64,000 bases of DNA from a bacterium (GCA_963674595.2 CAXXFV010000023.1:640001-704000), one strand, 5' to 3'; counted from the stretch's first letter, positions 27,344 through 37,829 are shown. The notes: generated by a model not told the origin, from the letters alone. A program made the numbers and translations.

Positions 27344-28208
27344 TTACCAATCATTTATTAAAGATTTAGATGGTGATTTGATTAAAGCAACAAGTCAGCA
27401 TCTTGAAAAAGTATTAGGTATTACACCTAAAATAGAACTTAAAGATTTTGCTGACGCTGACCTTTCTCAGGTAAAATCTGTTATTAGTGACAAAGCGATA
27501 GCAATTGAACTTGTTACGGCTGATGGTACTGTGATCTCTTATTTGGCTGGCAGCCATTTGCTTAAGGATGTAACAGGTTATTTGGAACAACAGGATGAAA
27601 GCCAGGGCGAGATGCCCGAGGAGCTGGAAAAGTTATTGGATGTTGCTGAACAGATTTCTGCCAGTACACAGAAAATAATCTCTGCAAAATTTAGTAAAGA
27701 ATTAAAATTTGAAAATCCTACTGTTCAAGTTTGGCCGGGCAGCAGTCGGGTTAGTTTTGTAAATGCGTCAGCTACTTTTTATTCTGTTAAAATAGGTGAA
27801 AAGTCTGAATTTAATGTTGTAAGAGTAATGCCAAATTCGTTTATTGAATCTATTGCTGGAGCTAAAATGGGATCTGATGAGGGTAAGGTTAGAGTGAGCA
27901 CAAAACAGTTCGATGAATTGACATTTGATGGTAATGGTTCGGATATTAGCCAGTCTATATCATTTCTAAGTGATTTGGAGTTGGATATTACTGCAGAATT
28001 AGGCCGAACGCGAATGTTGTTACGTGATATTTTAAAACTCGGAAAAGGCAGTCTTTTAGAACTTGATAAATTTGCGGGTGATCCTGTTGATCTTTATGTA
28101 AACAAAATAAAGTTTGCTGAAGGTGAAGTTGTGGTCATTGATCAGAATTTTGCTATAAGAATTACCAGCCTGATCCCAAAGGAGGAGCGTCTGTCAATAG
28201 CAAATTAA
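27336..28208 (+). CDS. fliN: Flagellar switch protein FliN/FliY (degenerate CheC-like N-domain + SpoA domain)
   Basis: AAGGAG RBS + TTG 27336; C-terminal DITAELGRTRM..GSLLELDKFAGDPVDLYVN..GEVVVI. Confidence 0.88.
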   Translation: MSNYQSFIKDLDGDLIKATSQHLEKVLGITPKIELKDFADADLSQVKSVISDKAIAIELVTADGTVISYLAGSHLLKDVTGYLEQQDESQGEMPEELEKLLDVAEQISASTQKIISAKFSKELKFENPTVQVWPGSSRVSFVNASATFYSVKIGEKSEFNVVRVMPNSFIESIAGAKMGSDEGKVRVSTKQFDELTFDGNGSDISQSISFLSDLELDITAELGRTRMLLRDILKLGKGSLLELDKFAGDPVDLYVNKIKFAEGEVVVIDQNFAIRITSLIPKEERLSIAN

Positions 28209-28264
28209 GGGATACACAATATGTGCGGGCATAATGTGTATTCTGTGTGTATTTGGGCAATGTT

Positions 28265-28774
28265 ATGAATAAAAAAATAAACATACTAATTTTCAGCATT
28301 TTAGGAATTCTGTTATTATTTTTAATTATTCCTGTGGATGCAAATTGCCAAACACTGACGATTTCTAAGGATAGCACGGTATCGAAGCAGGTGCTGCCGC
28401 ATAGCGGTTCAGAGATAAGTCTTGTAAAGGCTGTTTTTAAAACGATAATGGCATTGGTTTTAGTCATTTTACTTGTTATTGGTTTTATAATGGGAATGAA
28501 ATGGCTGCAAAACCAAACCCGTATTCGTGGAGCCGGCTTTGATGCTTTTAGCATTGTCGGTAGTTTGTCTCTAGGACCCAAAAAATCCATATATTTGGTG
28601 AGAATTGTTGAACGTGTTTTGGTTGTTGGTGTGTCTGAAAATAATATCAATATTTTGACTGAGCTGGATGCAGAAGAGGCCAAACTTTTTTGGCAACATC
28701 CTGCTAAAAAACAAAACTCTTTTGCTCAATCGTTAGCTTCTCAAATTTCCAACTTGAGAGGTGACAAAAAGTGA
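28265..28774 (+). CDS. fliO: Flagellar biosynthesis protein FliO
   Basis: TM plus SLGPKKSIYLVRI..LVVGVSENNINIL; between fliN and fliP. Confidence 0.88.
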   Translation: MNKKINILIFSILGILLLFLIIPVDANCQTLTISKDSTVSKQVLPHSGSEISLVKAVFKTIMALVLVILLVIGFIMGMKWLQNQTRIRGAGFDAFSIVGSLSLGPKKSIYLVRIVERVLVVGVSENNINILTELDAEEAKLFWQHPAKKQNSFAQSLASQISNLRGDKK

Positions 28775-29535
28775 TGAAAAACAAAATGAATAAAATATCA
28801 AAATTTTGGTTTATTATACCTGTTTTAATGATAATATTTATTATTCCGGACCATGTGTTTGCGCTTCCTAAAATAACAGTTGGGTTGGATGAAGCAACAA
28901 AACCGGGCGAAGTTGCCGTAACGTTACAAATTTTGTTATTGCTGGCAGTTCTGTCTTTGGCACCGGCGCTTATTATTATGGTGACATCTTTTACCAGGGT
29001 TGCTATTATTTTTTCTTTTTTACGTCATGCTTTGGCAACACAACAAGCCCCGCCAAACCAGGTTATGATTGGATTAGCCTTGTTTGTGTCTTTTTTTATA
29101 ATGGCCCCTGTATGGCAGGATATAAATGAAAACGCCTTTCAGCCATATATGAATGAAAAAATATCACAGCAGGAAGCCTATTCCAGAGCATTGGAACCTA
29201 TCCGTGATTTTATGTTTAGGCAAACCAGGGAAAAAGATTTGGCCCTGTTTGTTAACCTGGCAAGAATGGAAAAGCCGGAAAATATGGCAGAGATTCCAAC
29301 CCATGTTTTAATACCTGCTTTTATTATCAGTGAATTTAGAATTGCTTTTCAAATAGGATTTTTATTATATATACCATTTTTAATGCTTGATATGATTATT
29401 TCAAGTGTACTAATGTCCATGGGCATGATGATGTTGCCCCCGGTTATGATTTCTATGCCGTTCAAGTTAATTTTATTTGTTTTGGTGGACGGCTGGTATC
29501 TCATTGTTGGATCAATTGTAGCCGGATTTAAATAG
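28771..29535 (+). CDS. fliP: Flagellar export gate protein FliP
   Basis: TSFTR, QQAPPNQV, PAFIISE, MGMMMLPPVMISMPFK, DGW. Confidence 0.97.
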   Translation: MMKNKMNKISKFWFIIPVLMIIFIIPDHVFALPKITVGLDEATKPGEVAVTLQILLLLAVLSLAPALIIMVTSFTRVAIIFSFLRHALATQQAPPNQVMIGLALFVSFFIMAPVWQDINENAFQPYMNEKISQQEAYSRALEPIRDFMFRQTREKDLALFVNLARMEKPENMAEIPTHVLIPAFIISEFRIAFQIGFLLYIPFLMLDMIISSVLMSMGMMMLPPVMISMPFKLILFVLVDGWYLIVGSIVAGFK

Positions 29536-29553
29536 AATTTATCAGGAGTTGTT

Positions 29554-29823
29554 ATGACACAGGAAGTGGTTTTGGAAATTTCAAGCCGTGCAATTATGAC
29601 AACCTTAATGGTTGCAGGTCCTCTTTTGCTCACAGGTTTGGTTGTGGGTCTTGCCATATCTATTTTCCAGGCGGTTACACAAATTAATGAAATGACCTTA
29701 ACATTCATTCCAAAGATTTTAGCTATCTTTTTTATCCTGATTTTACTTTTACCCTGGATGCTGGATAAATTTTTATCCTTTACAGCAGAGATTTTTAACA
29801 GTATTCAAACGTTTAGCCGGTAA
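29554..29823 (+). CDS. fliQ: Flagellar export gate protein FliQ
   Basis: SIFQAVTQINEMTLTFIPK. Confidence 0.97.
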   Translation: MTQEVVLEISSRAIMTTLMVAGPLLLTGLVVGLAISIFQAVTQINEMTLTFIPKILAIFFILILLLPWMLDKFLSFTAEIFNSIQTFSR

Positions 29824-29840
29824 AATTATAACAGGTTTAA

Positions 29841-30623
29841 TTGCTTATGTTTGGCTTTGATCAAAATGATGTTATTTTGTTCGTTTTAATTTTTGCGAGA
29901 ATTACAACGGCCTTTATCTTGTTTCCAATTTTTGGTTCAAACAGCATACCTTCCTATGGAAAAATTGGTGCATGTTTGTTTTTAACTGTACTTGTTTTTC
30001 CTTTGCTGGAAAACTATCAGTTAGACCTTTTTCCGTCTACATCGATTATAATTTTGTCTATTGCTCAGGAGGTTCTGGTTGGCGTTATTATGGGTTTTGT
30101 TACGGTGTTTTTATTTGCCAGTATAGAAATGGCAGGCCAGATTCTTTCCATGCAAATAGGATTTGGAATTGTACAGGTTTATAGCCCGGAAAGTCAGGGA
30201 CAAGTATCTATTATTAGTCAATACAAGTATCTTTTTGCTGCAATGGTTTTCTTTATTTTAGACGGCCATCTTTTTTTAATAGAAGGATTAGCTAAAAGTT
30301 TTCAAACTGTGCCGCCGTTGACAGCCCATTTTTCAAAAACTCTATACACTTTTAATATGCAAATGGCAAGTGAACTTTTTGTGGCTTCTGTAAAAATTGG
30401 CGCTCCAATTATTGTTGCTTTATTACTAACCAGTGTTGCGTTGGGTTTAATGGCACGTGCTGTTCCGCAAATGAATGTTTTCTTTGTTGGAATGCCTTTA
30501 AAAATTAGCATCGGTTTGCTGGCTTTGGCTTTTTCCATGCCGATTTTTTTATATTTTTTTAGAAAATTGGTTATAGAGTTTAAACACGATTTTTTAACAA
30601 TTATTAAATTATTAGGATCATAG
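29841..30623 (+). CDS. fliR: Flagellar export gate protein FliR
   Basis: Multi-TM; AGQILSMQIG, DGH, RAVPQMNVFFVGMPLK. Confidence 0.96.
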   Translation: MLMFGFDQNDVILFVLIFARITTAFILFPIFGSNSIPSYGKIGACLFLTVLVFPLLENYQLDLFPSTSIIILSIAQEVLVGVIMGFVTVFLFASIEMAGQILSMQIGFGIVQVYSPESQGQVSIISQYKYLFAAMVFFILDGHLFLIEGLAKSFQTVPPLTAHFSKTLYTFNMQMASELFVASVKIGAPIIVALLLTSVALGLMARAVPQMNVFFVGMPLKISIGLLALAFSMPIFLYFFRKLVIEFKHDFLTIIKLLGS

Positions 30624-30634
30624 GAACGTTTTAA

Positions 30635-31702
30635 ATGGCAGAAGAATCCTTTCAAGAGAAAACTGAAAAGGCGACTCCCAAGCGTCGCCAGGAAGCTCGT
30701 GAAAAGGGGAATATTCCACGTAGTATAGAGGTAAACTCTGCTGTTATATTACTAATTGTCAGTTTGTTTTTTATATTTTTAGGAAGTAAAATGTTCAGCG
30801 GTGTTATTCAGTTGGGCCGCTCAGTATTTGGAAATATGCATACTATAGATTTGAGTGTTCAATATATACCGGGTTTGGTGCAAAAAACAGGCATTGCATT
30901 TTCTTTTCTTGTTGGTCCGTTTATGTTGAGTATTTTGGTTGCCGGTGTATTGTCAAATGTTATGCAATCGGGTCTTACTTTTTCTGCAGAATCTTTGCAG
31001 CCGAAATTTAGTAAAATAAACCCACTTTCCGGCTTTAAGAAAATGTTTGCTCTTCGTTCTCTTGTTGAATTGGTTAAGAACATTTTTAAACTGTCCATTA
31101 TAGGCTACATTGGGTACATTACCATTAAAGGCGAAACAGATTCTTTTTTTGCACTGGTTAATGAAGATGTGATGCAAATTGTTGCATTTGTTGGGGCTTT
31201 AACCCTGAAAATGTTTTTAAGAGTTGGCGCTGTTTTTATTATATTAGCTGGCTTGGATTTTGCATACCAAAGGTTTGAGTTTGAAAAAGAATTAAAAATG
31301 ACCAAACAAGAAATAAAAGAAGAATATAAACAAACAGAAGGTGATCCTTTAATAAAATCGAGAATTCGAAGTATTCAGCGTGAAAGAGCCCGTAGCCGCA
31401 TGATGCAGGATGTAGCCACTGCCGATGTTGTTGTAACCAACCCAACACATGTTGCCGTCGCTTTGAAATATGATTCGGAAAATATGGGAGCACCCAAAGT
31501 TGTTGCTAAAGGTATGCGGAAAATTGCTGAAAGAATTAAACAAATTGCTCGTGAAAATGGTGTTCCTGTTATTGAAAAACCACTTGTTGCGAGAATGCTT
31601 TATAAATCTGCTGAAATTGGTCAGGAAATACCGGCAGAACTATATCAGGTTGTTGCAGAATTACTGGCTTTTGTTTATCAATCAAAAAACAAAAAGCTAT
31701 AA
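30635..31702 (+). CDS. flhB: Flagellar export switch protein FlhB
   Basis: EKTEKATPKR, KMTKQEIKEEYKQTEGDP, NPTH autocleavage site. Confidence 0.97.
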   Translation: MAEESFQEKTEKATPKRRQEAREKGNIPRSIEVNSAVILLIVSLFFIFLGSKMFSGVIQLGRSVFGNMHTIDLSVQYIPGLVQKTGIAFSFLVGPFMLSILVAGVLSNVMQSGLTFSAESLQPKFSKINPLSGFKKMFALRSLVELVKNIFKLSIIGYIGYITIKGETDSFFALVNEDVMQIVAFVGALTLKMFLRVGAVFIILAGLDFAYQRFEFEKELKMTKQEIKEEYKQTEGDPLIKSRIRSIQRERARSRMMQDVATADVVVTNPTHVAVALKYDSENMGAPKVVAKGMRKIAERIKQIARENGVPVIEKPLVARMLYKSAEIGQEIPAELYQVVAELLAFVYQSKNKKL

Positions 31703-31718
31703 GATGGAGTTTTAAAAT

Positions 31719-33803
31719 ATGCCTAAAGGCTCAGTTTTATCTTTTTTAACAAAAAATAGTGATGTCGCCCTTGCAATAGGTGTTATCGGAATACTTATTG
31801 TGATGTTGATACCTATGCCAACGGCTATTTTGGATTTATTACTTGCTCTTAATGTTGCTTTAGCCTTATTGATATTACTTGTTGCAATGTATATTACCAA
31901 ACCGTTAGAGTTTTCTGTTTTTCCCGGTATGCTTTTAATAATAACCCTTTTCAGGTTATCTTTAAATGTGGCCTCAACCCGATTAATTCTTGGTGAAGCT
32001 TATGCCGGTAAAATGATTTCTGCTTTTGGTGATTTTGTGGTAAAAGGTAATTATGTTGTAGGATTTATTGTATTCCTTATTTTGGTTATTATTAATTTTA
32101 TCGTAATAACAAAAGGTGCAGGACGTGTTGCCGAAGTAGGTGCCCGTTTTACATTAGACTCTATGCCTGGAAAGCAAATGAGTATTGATGCTGATTTGAA
32201 CGCGGGTATAATTGATGAAAGAGAAGCAAGAACGCGTCGTGAAGAAATTTCGCAGGAAGCTGATTTTTACGGAGCCATGGATGGTGCCAGTAAATTTGTC
32301 AGGGGAGATGCTATTGCCGGATTAATTATAACAATATTAAATATTCTTGGTGGATTTATCGTTGGTATTGTTCAGCACCATATGGAATTTGGTGAAGCTT
32401 TACAGGTTTATACCCGATTAACAATTGGTGATGGTTTGGTCTCTCAAATTCCCGCTCTTATCATTTCCACGTCTTCAGGTATGATTGTTACCAGGGCCGC
32501 ATCAGAGACAAATCTCGGCACAGACCTTGGAAAGCAACTGTTCTTTAATCCACGTGTTGCCTATATTACAGCGGTTGTGCTGGTTTTACTTGGTATCACC
32601 CCTGGAATGCCTTTTTTTCCATTTATATTACTGGCAGCCGGAATGGGTGTTGTTGGTTATGTTATTCAATCAAAACCGGAACAAACTGAAGAAGTTGTAG
32701 AACAAGAACCTGAACAAGTTGAGGCCCCGGATGACATTCAATCTTATTTACGTGTAGAACCAATTGAATTTGAAATTGGTTATAATCTTATTCCTTTGGT
32801 TGATGTTGACCAACACGGCGATTTGCTTTCAAGGATAAATGAAATAAGGAAACAGATTGCAACTGAGCTCGGTGTAGTCATTCCTCCCATTAGAATTCGT
32901 GATGATATGCGTTTAAAACCAAACGAGTATGTCATTCTTATCAAGGGTAATGAAATTACCAGAAATTCGTTGATGATTGGGCAATACCTGGCCTTAAATC
33001 CGGGTGGGCTTGAATTGGAAGAGCTCAAGGGTGCAAAAGTACAGGAACCGGCATTTGGACTACCCGCAGTATGGGTAAAAGGTGATGAAAAGGAAAAGGC
33101 CGAGTTGTTGGGTTATACACTGGTCACACCTGGTGCTGTTATTGCCACCCATTTGGCCGAGGTTTTAAAAGCAAATTCGGATAAGATTTTGACCCGGCAG
33201 GATGTTCATGAACTGATTGATAATCTGAAAAAAGATCAACCTGCTCTTATTGATGAAATTATTCCAAATGTTATTACAACAGGTTCTATTGAAAAGGTCA
33301 TCAAGAATTTATTGTCTGAGCGCGTCTCCATCCGGGATTTGGGAACAATTGTTGAAACCCTGGCGCAGAACATTGGTGATACAAAAGATTTGGACCTTTT
33401 AACGGAACATGTTCGTCAGGCATTGAGTCATACCATCGTGCATCAATATTTGGACAGAAATGGACGAATAACGGCAATGGCTATTGACCCAACACTAGAG
33501 CAAAAAATGAATAGTATGATTATTGAGGCCAGAAAAGCAGGTGTTGCAGGAGCTCAGGCGCTTGGTTATGCAATGACCACAGACCTTTTGCAAAAATTAC
33601 TCACGGCCATTTCTGCCGAGATGGACCGATTTGAGAAAAAAGGCCATCAACCAATTATAATAACATCACCAACATTGCGAATGTATTTTAGAAAATTAGT
33701 AGAGCCGATATTTAAAAACTTGATAATTTTATCCTATGCAGAAATTCCAGCACAGGTGGAAATTCAAACGATAGGTGTTGTGAGGGTAGCCAATGAGGGT
33801 TGA
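31719..33803 (+). CDS. flhA: Flagellar export protein FlhA
   Basis: RLSLNVASTR, EVGARFTLDSMPGKQMSID, GAMDGASKFVRGDAIAG. Confidence 0.97.
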   Translation: MPKGSVLSFLTKNSDVALAIGVIGILIVMLIPMPTAILDLLLALNVALALLILLVAMYITKPLEFSVFPGMLLIITLFRLSLNVASTRLILGEAYAGKMISAFGDFVVKGNYVVGFIVFLILVIINFIVITKGAGRVAEVGARFTLDSMPGKQMSIDADLNAGIIDEREARTRREEISQEADFYGAMDGASKFVRGDAIAGLIITILNILGGFIVGIVQHHMEFGEALQVYTRLTIGDGLVSQIPALIISTSSGMIVTRAASETNLGTDLGKQLFFNPRVAYITAVVLVLLGITPGMPFFPFILLAAGMGVVGYVIQSKPEQTEEVVEQEPEQVEAPDDIQSYLRVEPIEFEIGYNLIPLVDVDQHGDLLSRINEIRKQIATELGVVIPPIRIRDDMRLKPNEYVILIKGNEITRNSLMIGQYLALNPGGLELEELKGAKVQEPAFGLPAVWVKGDEKEKAELLGYTLVTPGAVIATHLAEVLKANSDKILTRQDVHELIDNLKKDQPALIDEIIPNVITTGSIEKVIKNLLSERVSIRDLGTIVETLAQNIGDTKDLDLLTEHVRQALSHTIVHQYLDRNGRITAMAIDPTLEQKMNSMIIEARKAGVAGAQALGYAMTTDLLQKLLTAISAEMDRFEKKGHQPIIITSPTLRMYFRKLVEPIFKNLIILSYAEIPAQVEIQTIGVVRVANEG

Positions 33804-35235
33804 ACGGTTTAAAGCTGCAACAATGCGCGAAGCGTTAAATGCGGTTAAAGAAAAGTTGGGTGAAAATGCAGTAATTTTAAACTCAAAAACGAATCCGGAC
33901 GGTGTAGAAATTATTGCAGCGTTGGATGAACCACACAAAGATAACTTGTTGTGGAAAAATGTTTTGCCATTTCAGGAAAAACCGGAAAATTTTTCCAGCG
34001 GTGGATATTTGAATATGACTTTACCGGCTGATGATCAAGAAAATGCCGCCCAAAGTAGTGGCTTTAAAACTTATGATTTTAAAGGCAATGTTCCCAAAGA
34101 AAAGCTTGACAATCGTGTTATCAACCGACAGACCAAGCAAGGTATGAAAGATCATAAAGAAGCCAAAGGTGAAGAATCTACCGACCGGCTATCGCACTCT
34201 GAAAAAACGGCCGAACAGACAAAAGAATTTGCCGAAACCATGCGCAGAGAAATGCAAATAATAGACCGGCAAAAGGAACTGTGGCTCGAGTCAGAAAAAA
34301 AATTAAATGAGCTTAAACAGGAAATTGCCGAATTGCGTGAGTCTTTATTAAAACAAGAGCTTGCGGCGCTTAAAGAAAAAGCAAATTTGATGCAATTAAA
34401 AGAGCGTCCTCAAAAACGTTCTAAAAAACAGGATCAATTGAGTAAAAAATATTATCAACAGATTTCATCACATTTAAATCGAAATGGTGTTGCAGATGAA
34501 ATGATCCATAAAATTCTTCATAAAGTTGATGACAAGGTTGACAAATTAAATATCGATTTATCTTCTGAAACAGGAATACGCAGACTAAAAGAGTGTTTAG
34601 CAGACGAAATAGTAAGCTTGATACCTGTTTCAAAATTAGAACATAAAGCAGGGCAGACCAGAATTATCGCTGTTGTCGGTCCGTCTCATTCCGGCAAGAC
34701 CACAACGTGTATGAAGCTGGCTGTTAAATCTTCTGTTATGCAAAAGAAAAAAGTTGCCCTGATTTTAATAAGTACTTCAACCGATACAACATCCAAACAT
34801 CTTTCGTTGTTGGCAAAAGCGGCTCAACTGCCATTGGCAATTGTAACCACTCCTGTTGAACTTGAAAAAACAATAGCCGGCCACGAAGACAAGGATATGA
34901 TTGTTATAGATTTTGCATTAAGTGACAAAGAGAATTCAGATATTTCTGCAATTAATAAATATTTGAATATAATACCATCCGTTGAAACACATTTGGTAAT
35001 ACCAATGAATGATGATAAAAATAAAATTGTTAATATTGCTCAACATTATTTATCTGTTGATTATCATCATATTATATCAACAATGATTGACAAAATGGAA
35101 AACCTGGGAGGCATGTTAGAGCTGTTCCAAAATATTAAAAAACCTTTGTCATATATTTGTAATGGTGAAATGATTCCGGACCATATTGAACCGGCGTATG
35201 CAGCAAAATCCACACGTATGATTTTGAAAGGATAG
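33793..35235 (+). CDS. flhF: FlhF-like SRP-GTPase (degenerate G motifs)
   Basis: MRVERFKAATMREALNAVKEKLGENAVIL N-terminus; GPSHSGKTTT P-loop; PLSYICNGEMIPDHI; between flhA and flhG. Confidence 0.88.
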   Translation: MRVERFKAATMREALNAVKEKLGENAVILNSKTNPDGVEIIAALDEPHKDNLLWKNVLPFQEKPENFSSGGYLNMTLPADDQENAAQSSGFKTYDFKGNVPKEKLDNRVINRQTKQGMKDHKEAKGEESTDRLSHSEKTAEQTKEFAETMRREMQIIDRQKELWLESEKKLNELKQEIAELRESLLKQELAALKEKANLMQLKERPQKRSKKQDQLSKKYYQQISSHLNRNGVADEMIHKILHKVDDKVDKLNIDLSSETGIRRLKECLADEIVSLIPVSKLEHKAGQTRIIAVVGPSHSGKTTTCMKLAVKSSVMQKKKVALILISTSTDTTSKHLSLLAKAAQLPLAIVTTPVELEKTIAGHEDKDMIVIDFALSDKENSDISAINKYLNIIPSVETHLVIPMNDDKNKIVNIAQHYLSVDYHHIISTMIDKMENLGGMLELFQNIKKPLSYICNGEMIPDHIEPAYAAKSTRMILKG

Positions 35236-35240
35236 AGAGC

Positions 35241-36053
35241 ATGATCGACCAGGAACAACATATTAAAGAAATTATAGAAAGAAATGAGACGAGAAAATCT
35301 CAGGTGATTGCTGTTACCAGCGGCAAAGGAGGAGTCGGAAAATCCAATGTTTCATTAAATCTCGCCATTGCCCTTGCAGAGTTTGGTAAAAAGGTGGTTG
35401 TTATAGATGCCGATTCTAATTTTGCTAATATTGATATTATGCTGGGTATAAGCCCCAAATTTAATGTTCATAATTTTGTGTTGGATGATTTACCTCTTGA
35501 AAAAATCATTGTTCAACATCCGTCCGGAATTGATGTTATTGCCAATAGTTCCGGCAGCAATGCCTGGCAAAATATCGATGAGTTAATGATGACAAAATTT
35601 TTCGATCTGTTGTATAAACTCATTGATAAATATGACTTTATTGTGTTGGATACAGCCGCTGGTGTTGCCCCGTTGACAATTGATCTTGCCACCCGGTCTG
35701 ATAGTATCCTTATGGTTACAACGGCCGAGCCGACAGCAATTTCAGATACTTATGCTATGATTAAACTTTTAGATTCAATTAAACATGACGCACCTATTAA
35801 CTTGTTACAAAACATGGTATCAAAACCATCTCAAGTAACAGATGTGTATGAACGGCTCTCATTAGTTTTGCAGTATTTTCTTGATACTAATATTGGTATT
35901 GCCGGATACATTGCATTTGATGAAAACGTAAGGTCCGCTGTTGAGCAACAAAGGCCTTTTATACAGGCTTTTCCTGATTCTATTGCAAGTTCCAATATCA
36001 GGGTTTTAGCCAAGGCTTATGTTGCGCAAGAAGTTGAAAAAGAAAAGAATTAA
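35241..36053 (+). CDS. flhG: MinD-like flagellar number regulator FlhG/FleN
   Basis: TSGKGGVGKS deviant Walker A, DAD..ANID, DTAAG, EPTAISDTYAMIK. Confidence 0.93.
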   Translation: MIDQEQHIKEIIERNETRKSQVIAVTSGKGGVGKSNVSLNLAIALAEFGKKVVVIDADSNFANIDIMLGISPKFNVHNFVLDDLPLEKIIVQHPSGIDVIANSSGSNAWQNIDELMMTKFFDLLYKLIDKYDFIVLDTAAGVAPLTIDLATRSDSILMVTTAEPTAISDTYAMIKLLDSIKHDAPINLLQNMVSKPSQVTDVYERLSLVLQYFLDTNIGIAGYIAFDENVRSAVEQQRPFIQAFPDSIASSNIRVLAKAYVAQEVEKEKN

Positions 36054-36068
36054 TATTTATATGAGGAT

Positions 36069-36353
36069 GTGAGGAAGATGAAGGAAATTGTTGGAGCAAT
36101 AAGTGGAATCGTTGCATTCGGAATTTTTACTACTTGTATAATACAACATGTAAGCGTGGAAGCTATTTTTCTTCGAACTATTGCCGCTTTTATCATGTGT
36201 TATATATTTACCTATATTTCGTTTGCTTTGTTTTTTATTACCATGAAAGACTATAAAGAAGAAAAAGACTTGCACAAGGGTAAAAAAACTATTAAAGCAA
36301 AAAGTAAAAATGCAGACGCTCAAAATTCTGAAAAACCTGCTGCTGCTGCTTAA
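36069..36353 (+). CDS. Small two-TM hypothetical protein between flhG and fliA
   Basis: Two hydrophobic segments plus a basic tail; tight operon spacing; start GTG 36069 or ATG 36078. Confidence 0.65.
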   Translation: MRKMKEIVGAISGIVAFGIFTTCIIQHVSVEAIFLRTIAAFIMCYIFTYISFALFFITMKDYKEEKDLHKGKKTIKAKSKNADAQNSEKPAAAA

Positions 36354-36377
36354 TGTATAATTATATGGAGCATTTAA

Positions 36378-37148
36378 TTGTCTGAATGTGTTGAAAAGAA
36401 ATGGATTGATTATATAAAATCACGCAATCCGAAATTACGTGATCAATTAGTTATTCAATATCAACCCCTGGTTTATTATGTTGCTAAAGGATTTCAAAGG
36501 GGAAATGAGCATACCGGCGTGTTGGAATGGGATGACTTGATTAGTGCCGGTATGTTAGGATTGCTGGATGCGATCGATCGTTTTGATCCGGAAAGAAATA
36601 TAAAGTTTGAAACCTATGCAATATTACGTATTCGTGGTGCTATACTCGATACATTAAGAAGTATAGATTGGGCGCCGAGAAATACACGTAAGAAAATTAA
36701 AAAAGTTATGAATACTATGGCGGAGCTTCAAAACCAATTAAAAAGAAATCCTACTGAGGTGGAAATTTCCAGTGCATTAAATATTTCTGTGGACGAATAC
36801 CGCAAAGTTTTAGATGAAATGACGTTAACACGGTTTATATCATTACAAGATTTAATTGTCTTGAACAATGATGACAAGGTTACTCGGGAAAAATTAATAC
36901 ATGATACAGGGATTGACGACGACTATCATGATAGTAATGATGATTTGCGTGATGTTATAACTCATGCTCTTGAAAATATGCCTGCTAAGGAAAGGCTTTT
37001 ACTGGTCCTGTATTATTATGAAGGTTTGAACATGTCAGAAATTGCATCTGTATTGAATATAACCGAGTCCCGAGTAAGTCAGTTAAATTCACAAGCTCTT
37101 ATTCGTTTAAAGGTTTTGCTTACTGAAAAATACAGTTATGCAGCTTGA
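36378..37148 (+). CDS. fliA: Flagellar sigma factor sigma-28 (FliA/WhiG)
   Basis: DDLISAGMLGLLDAIDRFDP, KFETYA..RIRGAILD..DWAPR, LYYYEGL..TESRVSQ; GGAG + TTG start. Confidence 0.95.
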   Translation: MSECVEKKWIDYIKSRNPKLRDQLVIQYQPLVYYVAKGFQRGNEHTGVLEWDDLISAGMLGLLDAIDRFDPERNIKFETYAILRIRGAILDTLRSIDWAPRNTRKKIKKVMNTMAELQNQLKRNPTEVEISSALNISVDEYRKVLDEMTLTRFISLQDLIVLNNDDKVTREKLIHDTGIDDDYHDSNDDLRDVITHALENMPAKERLLLVLYYYEGLNMSEIASVLNITESRVSQLNSQALIRLKVLLTEKYSYAA

Positions 37149-37181
37149 TGTTTTAATTAATGTTATGTGGGAGGATTTAAA

Positions 37182-37505
37182 ATGTCTGCACCCATTGATG
37201 TTCCTCAAAATTTACAAATTATGGTTCCACATGTAGAAAAAGTGGAGCAACCAAAAGAATCTGCAGCAAATAATTCTGCAAATCAATTTGAGAATTTGCA
37301 CACAAAGTTGGGGCAAAAACATCACGATCAGTATATAAAAAAAGATAAAAAGCAAAAAGAGAAAGACCAGGGGAATGCACAGCAACAACAACAATCAGAT
37401 TCTGATGAACAACAATTAGATGATAACAACGCAAACGACTCGGGTTATTCAAAAAATTCTAATACTGAAATTTCTTTGGGGAAAAAACTGGATGTTTCTA
37501 TTTAA
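37182..37505 (+). CDS. Hypothetical Q/N/K-rich protein downstream of fliA
   Basis: GGAGG RBS + ATG 37182; C-terminal LGKKLDVSI. Confidence 0.7.
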   Translation: MSAPIDVPQNLQIMVPHVEKVEQPKESAANNSANQFENLHTKLGQKHHDQYIKKDKKQKEKDQGNAQQQQQSDSDEQQLDDNNANDSGYSKNSNTEISLGKKLDVSI

Positions 37506-37714
37506 TTGTATTTAATAGTCCAATCAATCCAATCAAATCTTTTCTATGATCATGTTACCTTTACTCTACACTTTTAAAAAAAGCGACGGGATATTGTTTC
37601 TGCTTATAAACAAACTGAGTCATACGAGCCACAATATTTTAAGAGTGTTTAAAATATACGGTGTTATTCGTTTTTGTAAGTTGTTTAAAAACAGTAAATG
37701 AAAGTTTTGAACAC

Positions 37715-37730
37715 TGGCACACTGTTTGCT
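37715..37730 (+). promoter_or_regulatory. Sigma-54 promoter of the first chemotaxis operon
   Basis: TGGCAC-ACTGT-TTGCT, perfect consensus. Confidence 0.88.
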
Positions 37731-37829
37731 TTATGCAATATGAAAAACCAAAGTTATATTTAGTAAAGTATAAATGGAATTTTGTAATGGGTGTACAGCT
37801 TGTTAAAGGTGTTAGAAGAGGGTTAATTA

